This document shows, one piece after another, positions 46,565 through 63,468 of a stretch of DNA of 64,000 nt; the first letter of the stretch is position 1, and every line of letters begins with the position of its first letter. This stretch comes from the human T2T-CHM13v2.0 reference genome, Homo sapiens. The notes beneath the pieces are model-generated. The model saw only the letters and a list, made by a program, of their open reading frames with translations. It searched no databases and had not been told where the DNA came from. The position numbers and the translations under genes were made by a program. The stretch lies in assembly GCF_009914755.1 (NCBI RefSeq), contig NC_060926.1, one strand, 5' to 3'.

Positions 46565-46998
46565 TGTTTTACTTCAGGTTCCCCAAGAAATACTCTGAGA
46601 TGAAGATCTGCATCCAGGAGTCTTATTAGAAAGTGCTCTTGGGAACACCTGTAAGAGAATGAGAGAAACAGAATTGTACAGAAGGAGAAGTTACAATGCA
46701 GTGGCAACAGAAGCTCAGTTGATCCTACGGAACATCTGGAGCTGGGATGGCTCTTCATATTTGTCTCAAATCAAAGAAAGGGTTTGAAACTTTGACCCCT
46801 ACATCAACAAGTCATTCTCTGCTAGCTGGCCTTAGGAAAGGGACAAACTCTTGAGCAAGGTAACTTCTTTCAGCTGAGGGCTATTCCTGACGATAGACCC
46901 AGGTGGGGGCCAAAAGGAGCCAACACTTTCTCAGCTGGGAGAATGAATGTTGTGGTGCCAAATGAGGGATCAAGTGGGGTATCACAGCATCCATTAGG
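46565..46998 (-). mobile_element. LTR16A-like 3' LTR of ERVL provirus
   Basis: Colinear with 51083-51495 (gcaacagaagctcagttgatccta, gagccaacact, cagcatcca). Confidence 0.85.
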
Positions 46999-51082
<4,084 letters not shown>

Positions 51083-51495
51083 TCTTTTAAAATTGGGTTC
51101 CAGGGAAATAGACTTTGAGGCAGAGATTTATATGTCAAAGAGTTATTAGGGATGCTCGCAGGAAAAGAACTGTCGGGAGTGAGAGAAGCAAAACCGATGA
51201 GGAAGAACAGTAATGAACTTGCAACAGAGGCCTCAGCTGATCCTATAGGAAGTTTTGAAGCTGCGGTGGCCCTTCATAACTGTTCCAGATCAAGAATGTG
51301 ACCAGGTCCTGTACCCTCATATGAACCAGTCAGTGGATGCCTAACAATGAGCAAGGAAGCTGTCTTTGGCCAAATAAAATTTCCAGTGATAGAGCCTAGT
51401 TGTAGCTGTCAGTAGCCAATACTCCTAGCAACTGGAGAAATAAGTCTTCCATTCCTGAAAGAACATCTCTGTGACGCCCCGCAGCATCCGCTACA
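51083..51495 (-). mobile_element. LTR16A-like 5' LTR of ERVL provirus
   Basis: Ends gcagcatccgctaca (minus strand TGTAGCGGATGCTGC, LTR16A-type start); gcaacagaggcctcagctgatccta. Confidence 0.85.
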
Positions 51496-51785
51496 CACTG
51501 AACACAGAATATTGAAGTGAAGGAACTGCCTAGGTGAATAAAAAATAACTATTTTTATTTATTGAAACAACTATGGGTTGTTTCAAATAAGCTTTCTAAA
51601 TTAACATGGAGGAATATATATATATAGATATATATATAATTTCAACCTTTCCACATTTAAGTAAAAACTGTACATGATTATTTTAGTGACGATGCTGATG
51701 TGCTGACGATGCTGATGTGTGTATTTAAGTTCCAGCTATATATTTCTAACAGTCTTCTGGCCTATAGTCCAGTTATAAGCACTAA

Positions 51786-52196
<411 letters not shown>

Positions 52197-53055
52197 TATT
52201 ATTAGGATTCACTTTACATAAAGTACTCATTAGTAGTTGAACACATGGATTTAGTTATCTTGTTGCAATTTGAATTGGCTATTGGAAGGAAGACAATATT
52301 AAAAGTGTAGTTGAAAACATTTTTATGGTGAGCTTCAGGGCATATTATTTGAAGTTCTTTGGTGCCTTTTTATTTTTTATTATTTAATTTGGACAAAGAA
52401 GATTCTATATTTATTATATTTTCCTTTGAAATGGGTGGGGTCTCAAATCACCCTTTGGAGCATAATCCAGTTAAATTTTAAAAGTATTTGCTAAATTGGA
52501 GACATCTGGACACTCTGGAGTTAAAATTAAATAGGTATAAACAAAGAATAATTCAATGAGGAAGACTAAGTAACACAAGTATAGACATGTCAGGCCCTAG
52601 TGTATACCTTTTTGGAGATTAGAAAAATAGGTTGAAGAACACAAATGAAACTAGCTTAGAACCAGGATAACTGATGCAAATTTTCAAACATGTATATAAA
52701 TATAATAGCCAGTATTACAACTTAAGGCATTTTTGAATACTTTGGAGAAGGCTCATTAAAGATGATATAAATGTAGGAAACTACACTGTACACAAGACTA
52801 TTCAATATTAGAAATATTGAGCCGGATAAAGGCTGAGGTGAGAGTTACAGTTTGAGTTAGATAGCTGTACAGTTTGGGTTACATAAAGGAATATCAAATG
52901 CATAGAAATAGAGTGTTTTTATTGTAAGCTTTTACTTAAAGAAAGTAATGTAATGATATATCTCTACAAGTAAGATTTAAGGTAGGAGAAAGTTTTTATA
53001 AATATTCAGAAAGGATTAATGTTAGATATTAATTTTCTAACAGTATAAAGACTAA

Positions 53056-53340
53056 GGCCGGGCGCGGTGGCTCACGCCTGTAATCCCAGCACTTTGGGAG
53101 GCCGAGGCGGGCGGATCATGAGGTCAGGAGATCGAGACCATCCTGGCTAACAAGGTGAAACCCCGTCTCTACTAAAAGTACAAAAAATTAGCCGGGCGCG
53201 GTGGCGGGCGCCTGTAGTCCCAGCTACTCGGGAGGCTGAGGCAGGAGAATGGCGTGAACCCCGGGAGGCGGAGCTTGCAGTGAGCCGAGATTGCGCCACT
53301 GCAGTCCGCAGTCCGGCCTGGGCGACAGAGCGAGACTCCG

Positions 53341-53375
<35 letters not shown>
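53056..53375 (+). mobile_element. AluYb-lineage element (Yb8-related)
   Basis: 7-nt duplication GCAGTCCGCAGTCC, GATCATG, AACAAGG, GGGCGCGG, GATTGCG, CCGGCC; pure poly(A); TSD AAAGACTAA at 53047-53055 and 53376-53384. Confidence 0.95.
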
Positions 53376-53380
<5 letters not shown>

Positions 53381-54127
53381 CTAAGAGCTAGGAGTTCTCT
53401 GCTGTTGAATGAGGCTTCTAGACTACCTCACTTCTTCCAATATAACTGATCAAAGACAAGTTTACAGAGACAGAAAATTGAAGCAAAACAGTCACTTGCC
53501 TGCAGGTACTTGACGCCAGTCCCCCATTTCTGAAAGAACAACCTTATCATACTGGGACTCCATTGGAACTTCTAAGAAATCATGGTGCCAATCCTTTCTG
53601 TATGAATAATTGCTAAGGTTATTGCTGTGTCCAAACTAATTTTTTCTCTTTCGTAGTAAAGTTCTCTCACTGGAAATGGGTAAAAGAGACTACACCATTT
53701 AAAGAAAAAAAGAGAAGGTTTAGGAAGCTTGTTGTAAAAATACTGAAGTCACAAACTTATTAAGAAATCCACTCCCTAGAATCTTAACCCTGACCTAACC
53801 ATTAGACACCTCTCACACAGTTTTTTCTGTCAAATGAGACTCAAAAAATTGACTTTGAAGATCTCCACAAGCATGTTTCATTATTTTCTTGCAGATATCA
53901 GGGATGTAGATGGCTGTTTCTGAATCACAGCTGCAGAGCAGCTACATGATAATGGCAGTCATATCCATTTATATTTCAAATTAACTTAGGAGTACCATGA
54001 GGATATAATGTTGTTTGGGCCCTGTTAAAATCAGGTCTACCATTCTGATATTCTAGGGAGAGAACAATAAAACCAACAGACCTCCTATGGGTATTTTTTA
54101 CAGGAAAGTGCATGGCTATAGGGGATG

Positions 54128-54325
54128 ATCCAATGCTGGTTCACATTTGGCTCATGAGAGCCAATTGTGACATCCAATTCTGCATTAAGGGATATTACGT
54201 TGGTAGGTTGATTTTCAGCCATAGTGGGAATATTTATACTTTGGTAATCAACAAACCCTAAAACTCAGGGCTTCCTTTCTGTCTTTTATCTTCTTTTTTT
54301 AGGCTTAGTGTTAAATATTTCTACT
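54128..54325. mobile_element. MER63A-like hAT DNA transposon
   Basis: ggctcatgagagccaattgtg, acgttggtaggttga..cagccatagtgggaatatttatac, tcagggctt, tgttaaatattt. Confidence 0.7.
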
Positions 54326-54701
54326 TGAAAACAAGACAATAAACCAGGTGACTAAAGAATTACTCTTAAGACCTTAATTTTTTTTTTCTAGCAAAGAACT
54401 TGGATTCCTGCTAGAAATTCCTGCTAGAAAGGACATGACTAGTGGTAGAGATGATGAGATATTTATCTAAACTGGCGGAAATAACATACTCTTTTTTTAG
54501 AAGTTGAAGATATTATCCACTTTAAAAATTATATATAGGTGAAACCCAAAGTTAGCTAATTCTATTTGTAAGCCATTCAGTTTAGCATATCCACTACAAA
54601 TAAGGAGGAAACAAAATCAAATTTATGCAGAAAATCAATAGAATTCATTTTGAATTGATAGTATATCTATTTCCTGTAACTTTTAAGAAAAAAATATCCT
54701 C

Positions 54702-54995
54702 AGCCAAGTGTGGTGGCTCACGCCTGTAATCCCAGCACTTTGGGAGGCTGAGGCAGGCAGATGATCAGGTCAGGGGTTCAAGACCAGCCTGGCCAATATG
54801 GTGAAACCCCGTCTCTCCTAAAAATATAAAAATTAGTCGGGCATGGTGGTGCATGCCTGTAGTCCCAGCTACTCGGGAGGCTGAGGCAAAGAATCATTTG
54901 AACCTGAGAGGTTCACCCTGGAGATCATGCCACTGCACTCCAGCCTGGGCAACAGAGCAAGACTCCGTCTCAAAAAAATAAAATAATAAAATTTA
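54702..54995 (+). mobile_element. AluS-type SINE with altered right arm
   Basis: Dimer with small deletions; flanks aaaatatcctc / aaaaaatcctc resemble a TSD. Confidence 0.9.
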
Positions 54996-56234
54996 AAAAA
55001 AATCCTCCAGTGGTATTCCTATGGTTGTGAAATTAGATTGCTGGTCCTTCTATCTTTTGTTTCTCTCTCTTCTGTTGATTCTCTCTGGGACCTTTATTAT
55101 CAACATAGCTTCTAAATAAGGATGCTCCATAATAGAATGAAAAGGTGAGCCACAATTCTATCAGCTTTTTCTACTTGTAATGGGTTCTTAAAATGGTTTG
55201 GTAGAAATACTGTAACATATTTCAAGAATGTCTATAATTATCTGAAATCCTAACTATTTATGATTCTCCAGTGCCTCTGTCCCAATGTATAATATTGCCA
55301 CTACAGAATAGTTGCGATTTTTGTTGTTTTTAATTATTTCTTTGGACAACTTTGAACTAAAGTAGTTACATCAGCTATGTATTTTGACACTTGATAGCAT
55401 CCAGTTCAATGTTTTATTAACACTGGTTAGTACTGTCTTCATTTTTGATATTTATAAATGATATTTCTGCCAACAGAAAGCATTTTTGATATTTCATAAG
55501 TATTCAACCACAGCAATCAGAAGTTTTAGGGCTAGTAAATCAATAAATACCCAATCAAATGAAACTGATAATTGCTTATGCTCAAAGAGAGTTAGATTTA
55601 AGTAAGGTGCTATTTAGAGGTTGATTGCATTATTAAGAAATTGCCTGTTAAGTTTGGGTTAACAGCTCAGAGGTGACTGAGTTACCTTTTTGGTAATATA
55701 AAGAAGGAAAACTACTTCTCCTTAATTACAGAAAACTGAAAAGACAAGTCCACACATTTTTTTTCTTCAAATATCTCTTGTTGGTCTATAATCAACCAGG
55801 CACTAGATTAAATGATGACAGTAAGGCAAAAATAACTGAGATGACTAATTTTAAAATGTATTATAAAATAAAGTAAGTATAGTACTTAGGCTGGATGGGC
55901 CACCTGCTGTTTAAGTCAAAGCAATGTTGTAATTTAATTTTCCATCACTATTTCATCTCTTTTTAAGACAGTCAAACCATCCTAGGGAATGTTTGATAGA
56001 AAATTTGTTGTAAGGGAGCTTCTCAGGAGTAGAACGTCTCTATTTCAGCCAAACAAAGCATTCTGCTCAGCTTGTAGTATTAGAAAAACATGCTTATTTG
56101 TTCTTACTTGCACCTATTTTATCTGTCATTTCCTGCAAAATAAACTTCTCAATATAAATTTCTCACTTTTAGAAACTGACACTTTATTATTAAAATACCA
56201 CCTTGTCTTTTTAAAATTCCCTCCTTTCAATTTG

Positions 56235-56551
56235 GGCAGAACTTGTGATTGTGATGAGATATTACTCTCTTGATTCGGTTATGTTACTGGACAAAAGGGG
56301 TTTTGTATATGTCATTTAGTTTATTTATGAGTTGACACTGAGTTAATCTAAAAGGAGATTATCCAGGTGGGCCTGACCTAATCACAGCCTCAGCCAGCAC
56401 CTTAATTGCAGCCACGTAAGCCCCTAAGCAAAGAATCCATCTATGCCATGATGGACTCCTGACCCACAGAAACTGCAAGATAATAAATATGTGTTACCTG
56501 AAGTTGCTAAGTTTGTGGTAATTTGTTACACAGTAATAGAAAACCAATGCA
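56235..56551 (+). mobile_element. MLT1E-like MaLR LTR with internal deletion
   Basis: gagattatccaggtgggcctgacctaatcaca joined directly to gcctcagccagcaccttaattgcagcc; ends gtttgtggtaatttgttacacagtaatagaaaaccaatgca. Confidence 0.8.
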
Positions 56552-57097
56552 TTCTACATGCAAGGGAGGGAAGGATTGAAGAAAGAACAAGAACGCAAGA
56601 GAGTAAGAGACATGTGTCCCTCATCTCTCATGGGTGTCTTCCATCCAGATCCCTGTTCCTTAATTTTCTTTGACGATAGACCCACACTACTCATTCTTCT
56701 GCTCCAACCTCTTACTCCACATTCACAGCATATGGAAAGGGTACACACGTATACATCCTTTCTTCATACATTTAACATACCCTTTCACCTGCCCCAACGT
56801 TATCCATTTTTGCATCAGGAGCTTTTAAAAGTTAACACAGAATTCCTGGAGGGTTGCCAATTTCTTTTTAGAATAATTTATGAAATTTTAAATGAATCTG
56901 AATATAACAAAATAGTGCAGTTTCCAAGTATATGTAGAATATTGCAACATTCTTAGAGGGAGAGGAATATGGATGTGAGTATTTGAGTTGTTTCTGCTGG
57001 ATTCCAGTGCCCTGCCCCAGAGCATGATGGGCCGTGGGTGAACTGCGCACCTGCTGCTGCTCCAGCAGGCCTGGTGTATGTTGCTTGGTTCTTCCTC

Positions 57098-57258
57098 TTA
57101 CCACAAACTTAGCAGCTTCAGATAACACATATTTACTATCTTGGAGTTTCTGTTGGTCAGGAGTCCATTATGGCATATATGGATTCTTTGCTTAGGGCCC
57201 TATATGGCTGTAATTAAGGTGCTGGCTGAGGCTGTGATTAGGTCAGGCCCACCTGGAT
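57098..57258 (-). repeat. Inverted copy of 56361-56521 (MLT1E-like fragment)
   Basis: Manual alignment: 161 bp, ungapped, about 12 mismatches, same internal deletion junction. Confidence 0.93.
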
Positions 57259-58670
57259 CCTGCTCACTCCACATCCACCCTCTCTGCCCCACTGGGTTTT
57301 CATCTCCACTCAGAAACAGTCTTCTTTAACTGGCAACCAGATAAAATCAACCTAAGTGAAGGAGTCACCTTTCTCCATATTAATGGTGCATCATCAGGTA
57401 TAGAAAGGGAACTAATTAACATAAAGAAAATATCAAGATAATAAAAGAAAATTTGTTCCTGGAGGACACAGATCATTGGAAAACAGAGAGATCTTTTAAA
57501 AATTTAAGTAATACACTCAGAACAATTTGTGAATACACTGGTGTCCCCCAAAAAATTTTTTTGCATAGTGCCTAAAAGGGAACAACTTGAAAAAGAAAGA
57601 ACCGTCCTAGGTGGAAAGCTATGATTGCTAAAGTAAAATATTTAACTAGAAAGAGTTGAAAAATACATATTTGGAAGCCTAAAAAGTGAAAAAGAAAGAC
57701 AGAAAACAAGGGATGGAAAATACAAAAGACACCAAGGATCAACTCAAGAGGTTTAATATTCATTCAACAGCAGTTCTAGAAAGAAAAAATTAAAAGAGAG
57801 GGAGGATAGCAAATAAATGATAAAAGAAAATTCCTCACAATTGAAATACCCAAGCCTTTAGATTCAAAGAGCTCACTGAAAACTCAGCATATTGAATGAA
57901 TAAGAGACTCACAGATAGAATTACCCTTGAACTACAAATTTTCAAGGAGTCTGCAGAGAAGGAAACTTGTAAATGAGAACATTCTAAAAAGCTTCTGAGA
58001 TTTCAAAAAAATGACTTGCAAAGGAATGTGAATCAGATGAGAGTCTTGAGTTCTCATAAGCATCTGCAGATTCTGGATGAAAAAAAATGAATCAATGTTT
58101 TTTAAGTTCTGAGAGAAAATACTTTCAATCTAGAATTCTGTAGCCAGCCAACTTATCAACCCTGAAGCAATATCAGGATAAGCACATTTTCAGACATGGC
58201 AAAAAGTTGATGTTCAATTCACTTTTTTCCTTAGCAATATGTTTAGAAATGTACTCCAGCAAAAGAACTTCCTCTTAATTAAACAGGAAACTAGAAAACA
58301 ACTGACTCATTCCAGGATGGCAATGAAGAAATCTTCTAGATTAACTTTCTGCAGACCTAGAGAACAAGTTCCAAGGTCTAAGGGCTCTGGCAGGGAGGTC
58401 TCCAAGGCAAAAAGCACCGTTAACAGAAGACTACAAGATAAAACTGACTAAAAGTTCTCTTTTTTAGTTGGGGATGTAATAAAGAAAAAATGCTACAAGA
58501 AAAATTAGAAAAAAATGAGAAACTCCAAGAAAAAAACAAAATTGCTCAAAAACTCATGATCTAAATCTGGTATAAACTGATTTTAAGGAACGATTTTAAG
58601 TAATTGGTTATATGTTTAAAAAATAATTTATTTGACTTTAATTCCAGGAACATCCTTCTGTAAATGTCCT

Positions 58671-58718
58671 AAAGCAGGGGTTACTAAAGCAGGGGTTCCC
58701 AAAGCAGGGGTTCCCAAA
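58671..58718. repeat. 15-bp unit x3 spanning the MER1A left junction
   Basis: aaagcaggggttact / aaagcaggggttccc / aaagcaggggttccc. Confidence 0.95.
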
Positions 58719-59229
58719 CCCATGACCATGGACTGATACTGGTCCTTGGCCTGTTAGAAACTGGACCACACAACAGGAGGTGAAAGGTGGGTGAGCAAGT
58801 GAAGCTTCATCTGTATTTACAGCTACTCCTGTATTTACAGTACATTCTTGCACTAGTGTCTGAGTTCTGCCTCCTGTCAGATCAGTGGCAGCATAGATTC
58901 CCACAGGAAGGGAACCCTATTGTGAACTGCCTGTGTGAGGGACCTAGGTTGTGTGCTCCTTAGGAGAATCCAATGCCTGATGATCTGTCACTGTCTCCCA
59001 TCATCCCCAGATAGAACCATCTAGTTGCAGGAAAACACGCTCAGGGCTCCCACTGAGTCTACATTATGGTCAGTTGTATAATTATTTCATTATATATTGC
59101 AATGTAATAGTAACAGAAATAGAGTGCATAATAAATGTAATGTGCTTGAATCATCCCAAAACCACCCCCAGTGGAAAAACTGTCTTCTGTGAAACTGGCC
59201 CTTGGTACCAAAAAGGTTGGGAACCACTG
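58675..59229 (+). mobile_element. MER1A hAT-Charlie DNA transposon
   Basis: Termini caggggttcccaaacc / ggttgggaaccactg; 8-bp TSD TCCTAAAG at 58667-58674 versus TTCTAGAG at 59230-59237. Confidence 0.92.
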
Positions 59230-62039
59230 TTCTAGAGGTTACAAAATCCTTAGAAAAGAATGCAATCTATTTGGCCTATTATTAAACATATTTATACGTT
59301 CATAACATAGTCATAAGCATATACACACTTTTCATTATCCATTATTAGACTGAACATATTAATAAAGTTGGGTGTACTGTTTGAAGCCATAGCATTGAAT
59401 GTAACTCTCCACAACCCTGACAATGAAAAGGTTAGCTGGCAAAAGATGAGATTTGGGAGATGATGGAAAAAAGGGGTGAAGGCAACAGGCAGGGAATTGA
59501 AGGAAAGTCAAGTCTTTAAAATGTACATGTTACAAAATGGGAAGGCCAAAGATACTGCCAAAAATGCCATGTTACAAAAAAAAGTATAATAACTATTTTA
59601 TTTAAAAATTTAGGGTACTACCAAACATTAGTGGAAGTAGAAAGAAGAGGATGTTGTAAGAAAAAAGTCCTCATCTTATATATGGAGGAATTAATAGATA
59701 CCTCATTAAGAAAGCAAATCAAGAAACAGAGTTGTACACAAATGGAGTTGCCAAACTGGCTGTAAAACTAAAAGTAGAAACTGGAGAATCAGATTTTTAA
59801 AAGAGAGGTGTTAGAAGACCTACTTTTAATAATAGATCTTTCTATATTATTTTATTTTTAACACACATGAGTAATGAGGGTAAAGCATATTATTTTAAAC
59901 TGGATTGTATTTGGTCATAGGAACTGATAGAAAAAAAATTAAAATTGAAAGCCAAAGTATAAAATACATGGCAAAACACTTCAAATCCTGAAATGTTTAT
60001 ATATGTTTTTACAAATAAGGTATATTTGACAAAATGTTAACATAGGTGTTATATGTCAGTAATTACACTATTATCCCTAGCAGGTTAGGGAGCTGACATT
60101 AAGCCAACTAAGACAAACTTAGACACAATGGGGAAATAGATTTAAAAATTAATTAAAAGCTATTTCCATGTAGTTAATCTAGTTTCTACCCAAGAATGTC
60201 TTCTGAATTAACTTTCAGACTTCAAATAAACCATAACTGAAATAACTAAATGACTCCCAATGCAGTAAATAATTTTACTGAGCATAATTAATAAAATTGA
60301 ATATCTGGCTTACTGAGTCTGGAATAATAAAGTAGAATGAACAATGGAATAGAAAGAACCCAGCAATGATACTAAGGTGAGAGTACATATTTAGAATGCA
60401 GTTCTGGGTCTCAAACTCAACCATATGCGAATGGACTTGTGAAGAACAAATAGGTTTTTTGTTCTCTTACCTTAATAATAATGGGTGTCCATTTCTACAA
60501 TATAACTTTTCTTTTTTCTCAACCCTCATACTTTCACTGAAAGCACATTCATCAAGTACCATTTATTGAAAATGCTGTTCTATATTCAAGAGAGAGTATC
60601 AGTATGTATTGGAAAAAGGAGGTATGTGTAGATGTTGTGCATTTGAATGACTATTCAAAACCTTACTTTCTTGTGTAGAGGAGATAACACTTAATAAAGT
60701 CAAAGTCCTTTCAATTGTTTAACTTTTTAAAATCAGAAAGTCATGGCTTTGAAGTATTTGAAATAAAAACTGGCTTTCCTGGTACTACGGAAGCTTCAAC
60801 TTGACTCTGCTTTTCAAACTTCAAAAATCAAAAGACTTTTATTTGGGGTATCAAATTCCTTGCTTTTATAAATATGAATTGCTTGGAGAAATTATCATTT
60901 TTACTACTGTAATATGAACTTTTGACAGGTTCTTTTGAAAATTTTTTAAATTGAATATGATTGTGTGTTCTTCTTCATTAGCCAGAAGCAAGGTCAATAT
61001 TTTGAAAGTTCAGCGTTTCTATAATTTTTTAAAAATAATGAAAATCAGGGTCAAACTTGGAATTTTTTAACATGATCTTATCTAAAGTGTGACCTAAATC
61101 ATAATTCATATATGGATTATAACATGGGAATTTAAGATCACCAATTCTATAAGGTATGTTATTCTCTGCTCCTGCAGCTGAATAACGTTCGAAACCAGAA
61201 TCACTGAAACTTGTTGCAGTTTCAGACTAAGACCATACTCTGGCATCATCCCTCTCCACAGAGAAGAAAATAAACACAATTCTGAACTGTCAGCTCCAGA
61301 AGCTATTGCTCCTCATCTCATATGGTTTTCCTTAGTTCTAGTAACTGGGCTCTTCATTCATGCACATTTGACCAAGACCTCCCCTTGTACCTCAGTTCAA
61401 ATGAATGAGTATTTTTTTTCCTTATTCTCAGATATATATTTATTCATTGACCCATTTATCAATTTTTATTGCATGCCTATTATATTCCAGGCCACACAAT
61501 ATGATGGGAAACAATCGTTCTTACCTTTAGTAAACTTAAAGTCCAACAGAAGAATGAAATAGGTCAGTAGTCTTATTTGACTACTGAACCCGGTATCCCA
61601 GATTTGCTTCCCTAACCCAGTCTTCCTAAATGCTTCTAGGGCTGGAGTCCTACCCAGAGCCCAGTCACTCCACAGTTGGATTTTGACAGCTTTTTGCAAA
61701 GACTTTGTTGAAATTGACTTGCCATTTGCCTGGACTTGACATTTGGCTAATATCTGCTGTTGGTCCCTGGCCTGATCACAGACACAGACCCCATGAATAT
61801 TTCTGATTTCTTGGATGTGCTAATTCCCATTCTGTCTGTCTTAGTGACAAACAATTCAGCCCACTCTCATCTCTCCCTTTGTCTCCTTCCCCACTGTCTT
61901 TGCCTTAACTCAGACTTTTTTTAATTTCTTGCCTAAACAAAATTTTCTTCTAAAACAATTTTTCTGTCTTATTTTCCTACTCCAACATATAAACTATCTG
62001 CTCTATTTAAAAAGACAAGTATTACTTGCATCAAAAATG

Positions 62040-62890
62040 TTGAAACCCGAAAGTTCTCTGAATTATAATTTATAACATAAATATATCCCTGAAACCACTA
62101 CTCAAGTCTAAGAATAGAACATTATCAGCACCTCAAAAGCCACCCACAAGCCCACTCCCAATCCCTTTCTGCTCCCTCATCTCCAGAGGTAACCACTATG
62201 CTGACTGATAACACCATACGTTATTATTATATTATAATAACAGGCCACTATTATTGAACTGTAAACAAATAAAAGCACATCATATATATTCTGTACCCTG
62301 GCTCTTATGTTCAACATCACATCTGAGAGATTCATCATGTTTTCACATCTAGGAATAGTTCATTCAGGTTTGTTGCTATGCAGGATACCATTATAAGAAT
62401 ATACTACTAATTATTCATTGTATTATTGGCTAACATTTGAATTATTTTCATATTAGCTTATTACAAATAATGCTGTTGTGAACATTCACAAACATGTAAA
62501 TGCATATATGCTGGGTTATAATTAGGTGTGAAATTTTTCTCATAGAGTACGTGTGTATTCAGCTTTAATAATTGATGCCAAACAGTTATCCAAAGTAGTT
62601 GTGCCAAACATAGTGTATGAGAATATACCCACATGCTTTCAAAAACAGTTTTGTCAGTCTTGTAAATTCTAACCCTTCCAGGGAGCGTGTTGTAGCATTT
62701 TATTATAGTTTAAATGTTCATTTGTAAATTCTAACCCTTCCAGGGAGTGTGTTGTAGCATTTTATTATAGTTTAAATGTTCATTTCTCTTATGACTAATG
62801 TGGCTGAGAACTTTTTCAAGTTAATTGACTATCTTGGTATTCTCTATTATGAAGAATGCCTGATTCAAATCTCTTGTTCATATTTGTTTT
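62040..62890 (-). mobile_element. Ancient L1ME-like 3' end
   Basis: aaccactactcaagtctaagaatagaacattatcagcacc, ccagaggtaaccactatgctgact, acaaataatgctgttgtgaacattc. Confidence 0.75.
62660..62785. repeat. 62-bp tandem duplication
   Basis: 62660-62721 versus 62722-62783, one CpG-type mismatch. Confidence 0.95.
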
Positions 62891-62896
62891 GGGTTT

Positions 62897-63468
62897 TGTA
62901 ATGGTTCTATATCTTGGTGACAAGTTCTTTGGCACTTCTATTGAAAGATGGGGTCTATGTCCCCTCCTCTTTTCTTTGGCACTCCTATTGAAAGGTGGGG
63001 TCTATGTCCCCTCCTCTTGAATCTGTAGAAGCTTGTGATTTCAATAATAGAAAACTGAGGAAATAACGCTATGTGACCTGGGACTAGGTCATAAAAGGCC
63101 ATGCATTAGCCACATTGCTCACTGGAAAACTTGCTTTTGAAGCCCTGAACCACAAGGTACAAAGCTCAATTCCCGTGAGACTACAATTTTAAAGGGGCCA
63201 TGTGTAAGCACTTCTGCTAAATAAGCCCATTCTTCCAGCCATTCCCAACAAAGCATCAGACATGTCAGTGAAGCTGTTCTGAACTCACAACACTAGCTCA
63301 TTCTCCAAATGAAACTACTGAATGATCTCTGTCGACATCATTAAAAATGGAAGAATCATCTATCCAAGCCTTGCCTAAATTCCCTATTCATAAAATCATG
63401 AATCATAAAATGGTTATTTTAAGCCATTAAGTTTGGGGTTTGTCATATTTCAGTAGACAATGTTAACA
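62897..63468 (+). mobile_element. MLT1G/H-like MaLR LTR
   Basis: ggggtctatgtcccctcctcttgaatctg, ctaggtcataaaaggccatgca, ttttaagccattaagtttgggg, ends taaca. Confidence 0.8.
62925..63018. repeat. 47-bp tandem duplication
   Basis: 62925-62971 versus 62972-63018, two mismatches. Confidence 0.95.

Larger units (their letters stand above)
57300..59880 (+). mobile_element. HAL1 / ancient L1-ORF1-like element, interrupted by MER1A
   Basis: A-rich ORF1-like sequence (ggatcaactcaagaggtttaatatt, cagttctagaaaga, ttcaatctagaattctgtagccagccaacttatca, atgtactccagcaaaa); boundaries approximate. Confidence 0.65.

Noticed and set aside
54385-54430. 13-bp direct repeat with a partial inverted copy (ttcctgctagaaa)
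   Set aside because: Too short; does not fit STAT or HSF spacing
54899-54915. Hairpin tgaacct-gag-aggttca in the Alu right arm
   Set aside because: Largely explained by a small deletion between GAGG repeats plus CpG decay; 7-bp stem is not significant
62660-63018. Direct repeats as a CRISPR-like array
   Set aside because: Only two adjacent units each, no spacers, eukaryotic repeat context
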